64,000 nt of DNA from Blastocystis sp. Blastoise (taxonomy: Eukaryota > Protista > Bigyra: Opalinata), in NCBI GenBank assembly GCA_039096225.1, contig JBBPEB010000009.1, forward strand, positions 434,001 through 498,000, in the 5' to 3' direction. Shown piece by piece: positions 12,268 to 23,629 of this stretch. Each line of letters starts with the position of its first letter. Position 1 is the stretch's first letter. The notes under the pieces were generated by a model. The model had not been told where the DNA came from and did no database searches. It was given only the letters and a program-made list of their open reading frames with translations. The translations under genes and the position numbers were made by a program.

Positions 12268-12497
12268 CTATAGTATTATATATTATTAGTTTTATATATA
12301 AGATTTTATTAATTAAATAATATTAATATTTGTAAACATATATATATAAAATATTTTATTTTTTTAATAATTTAAAAATAAAATATTTAACTAAACAAAA
12401 TATAATATAAAAGAATAAATAATTAAAGAAAGAAATAAAATAATACAAAACAACAAAATATTTATAAGCAAAAACAAAAAAAAATTTAAAAAACTCC

Positions 12498-12997
12498 TTA
12501 ATAATATTCAGGAGAAGAAACAGGATAAACAGGAGAAGTAGGAGGTGAAACCCTTTCATCATAATAAGGAGGACTTGAGAGATCCTCGTCACTTTCATTC
12601 TCCTGATTATTATTTAAAGTAACTATCAAGTCATAATAGAATTTAAATAATAAAAATATTTACCTTGATTTGTTGGACATGTTGAAAATCTGTTTTTATT
12701 TGCAAAAAGAGTTGTGTTGTCTTTAAATATAAATTTATTTGTTATTTCTGAGTCTGTAGTTCCTATATATATTTTAGGTTGTTTTCACATCAAAACATAC
12801 CTTCACAATTAATAGTAAACAGATTACTATTAAAAAATATTTTTTCAAGGGTGTTTTTGTAGTTATTATTATCTAAAGACGAAACAATAAAAATATTTTT
12901 ATTATTTTATTAGACAATAATATACCTTTGTCTCCCTTGTTGTTAAGACAAAAGCAAGATGTATGAAACTCAAAAGTATTTTCAACTCTTTTACAAT
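12498..12997 (-). CDS. Small spliced Helitron cargo gene of unknown function (5' exon not identified)
   Basis: Phase-1 exons 12926-12997, 12801-12872, 12664-12762 and 12498-12622 splice to an open frame ending ...DEDLSSPPYYDERVSPPTSPVYPVSSPEYY*. Confidence 0.65.
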
Positions 12998-13452
12998 CTA
13001 TATATATGATAATATATTTTGTAAGTTAATGAAAATATTTTCGAGATCAAACATATCAAAAACAAAAGTGTGTAACATTAATTTGCCATAACAAATAAGT
13101 TACAACACAGAACCAAAACAAACACATCAAAAAATATAAAACAGCAATATGATATTTGATATCTTCTATTCAAATTAATTAATATATTAAATACTATTTA
13201 AGTTTATAAACTTTAAACTATATAAAGAGACATCATGAACTTTAATAAAGCAGAGTCGGGCATTTTATATAGGTTAAACTTAAATAATAAATAATTTAAA
13301 TTAATTAAAATAAAAGAATAACAAAAATAATAAAAGCTGTTAAATATTTAATGATATAAGAAATAAAAATAGAAAAAGAAGAAAAATTAAAAAGTTAAAA
13401 AAAAAATATAAACTAATATAAAAAAGAATAAACAACAAAGCAACAAACAAAA

Positions 13453-14155
13453 CTAAAAACAAAAAACAATAAAGAAAGATTTACTTTTTATATTTATATT
13501 AAAAAGGCCAGATACACTACTTGTTTTGCTTTTTTTTGGCTTTACTCCATTATTATTTAAATCTAAAAAAATAATATATATAGTTATAATATAAAATACC
13601 TTTCAATTTAATTTCATTATTATGTTTTTTAGAGCCACTCTTTGAGAGAGTGCGGCGATTTTCTATAAATATAAATATAAATATAAATATAAATATATAC
13701 TCTTCATTAGGGAATGTTTTGATCGTTTGCATTCAGCTATATATATAGTATAGTATATATATATATATTAGTATATAATATATATGCATATACCATTATT
13801 TGAAGTATGATTCAATTCATTATCTATATATATAGTGTTGATATATAATGTTATATATATATACCTTCGGTCAATGGTTTTGATCCTGAATCTATATATA
13901 TATTATAATATGATATAACATAATATAATATTATATATACATTGAATCAATGGTTTTAATCCTGAATCTATATATATAATAAGTATAATATAATATAATA
14001 TAATATAATATAATATATACCTTGAGTCAACGACTTTGATCCTGAATCTATATATATAATATAATGTAATATAATACATATATATAATATTATATATATA
14101 TATACCTTGAGTCAATAGCTTTGATCGTGAATCTATATATATAATAAGTATAATA

Positions 14156-14211
<56 letters not shown>

Positions 14212-14377
14212 GAGTCAATAGTTTTGATCGTGAATCTATATTTATAATAAGTATAATATTATATTATATATATATATATACCTTGAGTCAATAGTTTTGA
14301 TCCTGAATCTATATATATAATAAGTATAATATAATATAATCTAATATATACCTTGAATCGACGGTTTTAATCTTGAA

Positions 14378-14412
<35 letters not shown>

Positions 14413-14621
14413 ACCTTCACTCGATTGTTTTAATCCTGAATCTAGATATATAATATAATATAATATAATATAATATTATATATATATACCTTGAGTCAAT
14501 AGCTTTGATCCTGAATCTATATATATAATATAATATAATATAATATAATATAATATTATATATATATATACCTTGAGTCAATAGCTTTGATCGTGAATCT
14601 ATATATATAATAAGTATAATA

Positions 14622-14669
<48 letters not shown>

Positions 14670-14762
14670 GAGTCAATAGCTTTGATCCTGAATCTATATA
14701 TATAATAAGTATAATATAATATAATCTAATATATACCTTGAATCGACGGTTTTAATCTTGAA

Positions 14763-14799
<37 letters not shown>

Positions 14800-15008
14800 A
14801 CCTTCACTCGATTGTTTTAATCCTGAATCTAGATATATAATATAATATAATATAATATAATATTATATATATATACCTTGAGTCAATAGCTTTGATCCTG
14901 AATCTATATATATAATATAATATAATATAATATAATATAATATTATATATATATATATATTGTGTCAATATCTTTTATTGTGAATATATATATATAATAA
15001 ATATAATA

Positions 15009-15040
<32 letters not shown>

Positions 15041-15097
15041 CCTTGAGTCAATAGTTTTGATCCTGAATCTATATATATAATATAATATAATATAATA

Positions 15098-15135
<38 letters not shown>

Positions 15136-15191
15136 GAGTCAATAGTTTTGATCCTGAATCTATATATATAATATAATATAATATAATATAA

Positions 15192-15228
<37 letters not shown>

Positions 15229-15369
15229 GAGTCAATAGTTTTGATCTTGAATCTATATATATATATATATATAATATAATAGATTATAATAGAATATAAT
15301 AGATTATAATAGAATATAATATAATATTATATATATATATACCTTGAGTCAATAGCTTTGATCGTGAAT

Positions 15370-15415
<46 letters not shown>

Positions 15416-15844
15416 ATAATAGAATATAATAGAATATAATAGAATATAATAGAATATAGCATATATATACCTTGAGTTAATAGCTTTGATCCTGAATCTA
15501 TATATATATATATATATAATAGAATAGAATATAATAGAATATAATAGAATATAATAGAATATAGCATATAAATACCTTGAGTCAATAGCTTTGATCCTGA
15601 ATCTATATATATATATATATATATATAATATAGTATAATAGTTTAAATGATTGTATACTTAATAATAATTAATAATATATATATACATACTTTTCGTATT
15701 TATTTTTAGTGGATTTATAAATACGCATAAAAATATTTTATAAGACAAAAATGAAAAGCTAAATAAATATATACCATTATTATTTGAAGATTCAGCATCC
15801 TCATATTGTGATAATAACGATAAGACTGGACAATCAGATTCCAT
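13453..15844 (-). CDS. Micro-exon repeat gene, ~280 aa: MESDCPVL...(DSGSKLLTQ-like)x20...basic tail
   Basis: Exon 15775-15844, then twenty 27-nt exons between 13865 and 15602, then 30-, 36- and 63-nt exons and a terminal exon 13453-13562. All introns are GT-AG phase 1 and the frame is open throughout. Confidence 0.65.
13860..15610. repeat. Tandem array of 21 conserved 27-bp units separated by microsatellite introns
   Basis: TACCTTGAGTCAATAGCTTTGATCCTGAATCTATA recurs every ~63-130 bp. Confidence 0.95.
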
Positions 15845-15979
15845 AGTACTTAAACAATACTGAAAGATTTAGCAAAAAGCACCTTCTATATATATAAAAG
15901 GTATATTAAAACAAATGGTTTAATAAATCAAAAAGATATACATAATAAAAGAAATAATATATTATAATATAAATATATA

Positions 15980-16300
15980 CATGACATCAAAGATATTTTG
16001 TGGTGAATTTACATATCAAAAAATGAATGGTGAACTTTTAAAAACGGAATCTTCATATCATTTTTTTCATAATAACCAACCATTTATTTATAACTTCCAG
16101 CTACATTTCTTTTCTTTCTTTTCTTTCTTTGGATAGCATAGTTGTAACAGTCAATTCTTAAGATGAGTAATAGCATACCTAATAAAAAAGTTATACATTA
16201 TCCCCTGTATCATTAGTTTACCCATTTACATTGTATCATTACCAAATATAATTTATTATATTTATCATCTACTCTCTATACATATATAAATTAATTAATA
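15980..16300 (-). pseudogene. Decayed exons upstream of the micro-exon gene
   Basis: Splice signals are present but the frames examined contain multiple stops. Confidence 0.35.
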
Positions 16301-19134
16301 AAAACACGATAAAGACAAAAATGAAAATAAACTTACAGAAGGAATTATTAAAATAAAGAATGATTTGGTTGTTACCAATATATTAATATGTTGAACGTAG
16401 AAATAGCATAGTAGTTTTAAGTAACCCTTTCTTATATCACTCTAAAATCAGCTAAAGTTTCTTTGTTCACAATTAGGCAATCATTCTTTCAATCAGTTAA
16501 AAATTCATTAATTAGACATTCTACCATTGGCGCTTTTAATTCTGTTCATGAAATGACTTGCTAAATGTATTTAAATCTATTTCTAAATACAGTACAATAA
16601 AAAAAAGAAAAGAAAAGAAAAATACTGAAAGTTTTAAAATATTCTTTTTCATTTTTATTGTTAGCTCATCTTCTTATGTGTTTCAAACAGAGATTAATAA
16701 GATTATTGATCACTATAAAAAAATTTGAACCTTTTTAATTAAGATTGTAAAACAATTACATCTATATCAGTTTGCAAAAAGTATTATTTTATAAAAATTA
16801 GCATAATAATAAAACATTTATAATATTATTATGTAGAAATATAATATTAATTATGAATTAAGTCCATAATCTTCATGTGTTTGACTTAAAAAATAATGTA
16901 GATAATTCTGTCAAGACCTCTTTTTTTTTATCTTATTTTAACTTTTAATATAATATAATATTATAAAGTTTTCATATATTTTATAAGATAGACACATATA
17001 GTATTAAATATGACAAAAATAAATAATAAAAACATAATAATAATGGTCGAAATTGACCTTAGTTGAAACATCAAAAATAAAATTTTTGAGAAAACGCAAA
17101 ATTTCTTTTTCATTTTTGACACCGAGACCCAACGATATTTTATATTTTGACTTTATATATTTATGTAATAGTATAATAACTATTAATATGACTTTTAAAA
17201 AGTGTGTTAGAACGACTTTTTTTGGTACAAAGTCGCAATTAACTTTTTTTGACCTTTTTTAAAAAGCCTTTAAAGACATAAAATATCATAATGTATCCTA
17301 TGGGGCATCCTTACACCAAATATAAAGTCATAAGTCGAAATTAATGGGGTCGAAATCTGCCGATACACCAACTTTGTTGTCATAAACATGCAATAATGAT
17401 ATATTTGTGTATGGTAGAGGTCACTGTATTCATATATAAAATCAGAATTTGATTTTATGAGGGTCAACCAAACAGATATCCACTCATTCTTGTCTTAAAA
17501 GAAACCTGATGGGTTCAATGAGTGGCGAATTTTATCTAAACTACAAATATTAAGTCCAAATTTCTTTATTAAGAGTAAAATGATTTCGATATCTCTTCGA
17601 CCTTTTTATTTTAAAAATGTGTTCAAATAATTTATGAATATAAACTCATAAGATAAATCCTGTAACGTTTAAAAATTAATAAAATAAAAAATGTTGACAG
17701 AACGCGCGATTGAAGTTTTTTGTCAATTTTTCAACATGTCAAAAACAGGTTTTAATGACTTTTAGGATGGTTTCATGAGTTATCATGATGATCCAGATAG
17801 TTTTCATTAAAATTCAAAGGAGTCAAAAGAGAATGTGTCCGATATCTCAATACTTTGTGGATCAATTTTTTTAAAAGCTTTATATATTATCATTACTCAG
17901 GTTATTTTATGTATATAAGTTAATTTCAATCAATTAAAGTCTCTTAAAAAAAGGATTCTTGTCTAATTGTCTTTTTAAAGTTTAAAAATCGTTTATACAT
18001 GTGGCGAGAAATGTTATGCATTTAAAATAAATTATATTAATATTTAATGACAAATATTAAGTACATCATAAAGAAAAATATAACTTAAAAATGAAATTTA
18101 TAAAAAATAAATTTTACAAAATATAAAAAGAAATTTTTAAGTAGAAAAATGTAAAAAATGAAAAAATTTCTGAGAAAATGAAAAATAAATAGGAATTTTA
18201 TGTACGAAATATGTTTATTGGATAAAAACTCAAATTTTGAATTTTAGCCAATTATTTGGGGCATTTCCGTTAAATTTTTTTTTGTCTTACCGTTTTAGGC
18301 CCTTAGACGTGGAATTTTTGAAAATTTTAAAAGCGCGTCATAATACGTTTTTCATGTAGTATCTTACTCTGTTATCAGTGTAACATAGATATGTAACACA
18401 AAAAAGTAATCGGTCCATTTATATCAGTACAATTTTGTGCTTACTTATCCCTTTTATATATAAGATACATATGAATATAAAACAAACTGCGTCATAATAA
18501 ACGATCTGACGAGTTGCTATGACAGAGTTAAACACAATATGTGTCAATAGGATTCCCAATTTCTATTTGATAATTTCTAGCCACAAAAAATAAATCTTTT
18601 TATTATTAAAGTTGCTTTGTGTTTATTATTTATTGTTTTGTTTTCATATTTTATTTTAGTAAATGCTATATTATCAAACAAAGCTGTATATTCTTAATAA
18701 CTAAGTTTATTAAATCATATTATAGTTATTATTGCTAGAAAAAAATGAATTGAGTTTCCAGTAATCTATTATTCTTTTAAATTAATAGCATACATTGTAT
18801 AGGATTTCTGATAACTATTAGAATTGTTAACAGTAGAAGCAAAACTAATGTTAATCGGGTATATATATATATATATATATATATATTCTTTTAATTTCTA
18901 ATTATTACTATAATCTATTTTATTTCTTATATAGGCAAGACCACTTTAACTGGAAGAAGGTTCAAATCGATATATATTTTTTCGTTGTTAGTATATAAAT
19001 ATTTCATTACAATTTATTATTAATTATATTTTATAGTATTCAGTTGGTATAATTTTATTCAATCAAAAGAAAAAGGTAAAATATATATTATCTTTATTGT
19101 TAATTTATTTATATATAGTAATTACTAGGGTCAC

Positions 19135-19171
19135 GCCGCAGGTCCGGGGCCTAACGGCACCGGACCGCGGC
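19135..19171 (-). terminator. Helitron 3' subterminal hairpin, copy B
   Basis: Exact reverse complement of 6864-6900. Confidence 0.9.
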
Positions 19172-19332
19172 TGCAATGAATAATAAGTGTTTTGTTTTTA
19201 TTCACTTTCTTTCCTTATTATCTACTATATATTATATAATATATATTATTTATTAAATATTATCTATAATATGTTACTTATTATTTATTATATATTATAT
19301 ATTATATATTATATATATTATTTTATTAACAC

Positions 19333-19402
19333 TTCTTATACTCTATATGGAGAGTAATAATCATTTGTTGATTATAATCAGGTTCAATTCCTGATATAAG
19401 AA
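19333..19402 (+). ncRNA. tRNA-like cloverleaf, type 2 (copy B)
   Basis: Identical to 6633-6702. Confidence 0.6.
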
Positions 19403-20799
19403 TTAAATTGAATTTTTTGAATAGTATCTGAAACACTAAAAATAATACTTAAAAAAAATAAGAAATCGTTTTTGAATCATTATATTTGTTATTTATTATT
19501 TTAAAAATATATTTTGTATTTATAAATAGTTGAGTTACTGCTTTAATTATTATGGAGTTTCTAAAGCTAATAAATTTAGAAATGGGTCACAATGTTAAGT
19601 ATTGAAAGTCATTATTATGTAAAATCATTTTAAATAGATTATAATAAGGTAGTTTACACTTTCTTTAACCATTTCATAAAACTAAAACGAATCTAACACA
19701 ACAAAGTCAACATTCATTTTCACTTTAACGACTTAAACACATAATTTTAGAATTAATATTAATAATGTCACTCTAAAAAGCATTTCTATACATAAAAGTG
19801 TCAGCAATATCGCTTGTAAAGAGACTTCACCATTTTGATATCCAGTGTATCAAAATAGTTTTAGACATAACTTTCACACAATATAGATCTCATTATGTCA
19901 TATATTACTTATAGTTGAATGTCTTGAATCTCTGACCTAAAGACCCTTTTTTATACATTTTGAAAAGTTAACACACTTATAGTTAATTTAAAAAGCTTAT
20001 ATTTTAACGCTATGCTCGACATAACTCTGCCAATACATTAACTACCATTTTGACACTCTTTATAAACATTTTTCATTTGGTCATACACTTTGTCAAGAGT
20101 ATTTTTGTCCCTCCTTTTAATATAATTCAGACTATAAATAATAGTTTGATAAATAAAATGTTTTATATTGAATCTCGTCCTTTGGATAATTCATTTCTAC
20201 ATTTTAAAAAAATAATCCCTTTAAACTTGTTTTTAAAAGTCAAAATTTTCATAGTATAACAAAAACACAATTTTAAAAGAATAGACTAACTCTTTAAAAT
20301 TTCTGAACAACTCAAACGCATTGTTAATTCACTTGTCAAAAATGAAATTCTCTTATTTTTTAATATGTTGTAGAGTACATGTTGTTCTATATTAAACAAT
20401 TTCTATAATTTTAAATCTCTTAATTTAATAACCTATTTTTTCACATTTCTTATTGCTTACAATTTTACACATAATTAAATATATAAATGAAAGTGGAGAA
20501 TACAAAACTTAATAATAACTCAATCATTGATGTAATTATATCGCTAGTCTATATCAGATTAGGTGATAAATGAATGTTATTATAAATTAAAACAATATTA
20601 AGGACCACATACTAATAACATTAACTAATTTCAAAATTATCTTAATAGTAAGCACAATAAAAATTATAAAAAACGAACAAAACAAAAATAAATAAATAAT
20701 ACTAAGAAAGCAGATAATAGAAAGATATTATCTGTGAAAAAAAAAAATAATAATAATAAACAAAGCAAAACAAAACAAAACAAAAATGAAATAATATGT

Positions 20800-22098
20800 T
20801 AAGTATGCCAACCAAATTAGAAGAACCTATAGAAATAAAAGATAAATATATATATATATACCTTCAGCATTAAAGAACTATTTACACCATCACTATATAG
20901 ATAAAATATATAGATATATATATTAAAAGAAATATAAATATTTGTTATATATATATATATATATATACCTTTAGATATATTTTTATTATTAAAATAAAAG
21001 CCAACATTAGGGTGATAAGATCCCCTATTAGAAAAGACACCTATATATAATAAATAATAAAAAATATATAAACAATAAAAATATATATACCTTCTAAAGA
21101 AGGAACAGAAAAATAAGTATCATATCATAACTGACTTGAAGAACCTATATATAATGATAAGATAATTAATAAATTAAAAAAAAAAGAAAGGAAGAAATAA
21201 GTATATACCTTTCATTACCTATAATAGAAGACTCGATCAGAATAGAAGGACCTATATATAAATAATAAATAAAAATAAACTAAATTAAATTAAAAAAATA
21301 GACATACCTTAATTATTAACACCTTCAGCAACCACACACACAACAATAAAAGAACCTATAAAGAAACAGTAATAGACAAATAATAAATAAAAAAAAATAA
21401 TAATAAATGAATGACAATATATATATATACCTTTAATACCATAGGAACAGTCTATCTGATCACCAACAACATCAACAGCAGTATTGAAAGCATCAGAAGA
21501 ACCTAAATATATATAAAAGTAAAAAAAGAAAAATAAATGAATGACAACATACCTTCAACACCACACAGACATCTATCATCAACACCACTGTCAACATGCA
21601 CAGCAACTGAAGAACCTATATATATATATAGAAATAATAATAAAATAATAATAAAATATAAAAATAAATTAAATGATTGGCAACATACCTTCAATACAAT
21701 AAGAAGAACCTACAATCACATCATTAGAACCATTAGCATCATTTAAAACAACAGAAGAACCTATAAATAAATAAAATTAAAAAAATAAAAACAAATCATT
21801 GACAACATACCTTCACAGTTAGCATAACAGGCAACACCACAGCCTCCGTATGATACAAATAACATAGAAGAACCTAAAATAATATAATAAATAATTTAAA
21901 AAAAAAAGAAATGGAAAATATATACCTTTAAGACCATCAGAGCAAGTACCACCAAGACCAAGAACATACGCAACTGGATTTTATTGAGTAAAAGAACCTA
22001 TATACAAATAATAATAAAAAATAGATACAATATACCTGAAGGTTTTTGAAAAAAAGCATATTTTTCCATTAAGACACTTCGATCTTGATAGCATCATG
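20800..22098 (-). pseudogene. Same exon array in copy B, retaining intron 21503-21552
   Basis: Reverse complement of 3986-5237 plus a 50-nt GT-AG intron. Confidence 0.6.
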
Positions 22099-22903
22099 CC
22101 TTCTGAGGCATCTTAGATAATATTTTAATTATAAAAAATAAGTGTTTTCTCTTAATATAAAAATTGTGTTTATATTTCTACTTTTAAAGAAAAGGGTCTT
22201 TTATAAAAAATATGCTTCTTAAAACTTAATAGAAATCATAAAAACCCTTGAGTTTTTATTGATTTATTTCTAAAAGTAATAATTGGGTCATTTTCTATTA
22301 AAAACATTTAGGGTACCCAAAAAACATAGTTTTTTACATTTTTTAAATATTTAATTATATTGATTGACTGAGTATGTTTTATTTATTTATTTGATATTGT
22401 TTAGTTATTATTTTTATATATATTTGTATGTATATATTTATTTATTTAAAATATTTCATTTTCTATAGGATTGTTTTGTATTTGTCTTCGTTATAGTGGT
22501 GAAGTGTTCTTGAAGTGGTCTTGGCTGTGTAAAATGGTTTATTTATGATCAGGTATATAAATATATTATTTATTTCTTAAGATCTGTTTTTCTTTTTGTT
22601 AATTCGTTTTTATTATTTATTATTTTTATTATCAATATTATTTATTTAGTCTTTACATATAATTTATTCTATATATTATTAATAATTTTTATTCTATAGG
22701 AAAGAAACTTCAATGGATGTGTTGTGGTCTTCGTTGCTAAATATTTTCCTTCTTTAATCTGTCGTTCAAGGTTATTTTAAAGGTATATATTTATATTTTA
22801 TTTATTATTTTTATTATTTATTGTTTACATTTTTTTTATTATTTATTTATTTATTTATTATTTATTTATTCATTTTTTTTTATATGTTTATTTATTTATT
22901 AAT

Positions 22904-22936
<33 letters not shown>

Positions 22937-23495
22937 TTATTGTTTATTATTTATTTATTTATTTATTTATTTATTATGTTTATTTATTGTATATAGGTTT
23001 AATATTCTTCTTAGTTTTTTTTTCTTCTTTCTATCTTCGTTCTTCTTCCTTCTTACTTCTTCCTTCTTCCTCATCTTTCCTACTTACTTCTTCTTCCTTC
23101 CTTCTTCTTCCTTCTTCCTTCTTCCTTCTTCCTTCTTCTTTCTGCCTTCTTTCTTTTCATTCTTTACTTCTTCCTCCTTCTTCCTTCTTCATCATTCTTC
23201 CTTCATTCTTCGTACTTACTTCTTACTTCTCCCTTCTTCTTCACCTTGGTTCTTCATTCTTCTTCCTCCTTCCTTCTTCCTTCTTTCTTCTTCCCCATCC
23301 TTGATTCTTCCTATTTCCTTCTTCCTCATCCTTCTTTCTTCCTTCTTCTTCATCCTTCCTTCTTACTTCTTCATCCTTCCTTCTTCCTTCTTCCTTCTTC
23401 CTTCCTACTTCCTACTTCCTACTTCCTCCTTATTATATATCTATATATATATCTATATCTATATATATATATATATATATCTATATCTATATCTA

Positions 23496-23540
<45 letters not shown>

Positions 23541-23562
23541 ATTATTATTATTTATAAACTCC

Positions 23563-23629
23563 CTTTATGCTCTAGAAGGAGAGAAACAATCATTATAGAT
23601 TGTTTTCAGGTTCAATTCCTGACATGAAG
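23563..23629 (+). ncRNA. tRNA-like cloverleaf, type 1 (copy B)
   Basis: Identical to 2453-2519. Confidence 0.6.

Noticed and set aside
13860-15610. CRISPR array
   Set aside because: Spacers are low-complexity microsatellites bounded by GT-AG, the context is eukaryotic and there are no cas genes. The repeats are better explained as exons.
15860-16030. Ulp1-like protease remnant (YVNSPQNIFDV..GAFC)
   Set aside because: The resemblance to PQQxNxxDCG is weak, the catalytic Cys is not in place and there are many stops.
19333-19402. Functional tRNA-Gln(UUG)
   Set aside because: The loop ATTTGTT centres on TTG, but nt 8-9, the variable loop and purine-37 are missing, and the paralogous copy has a 6-nt loop.
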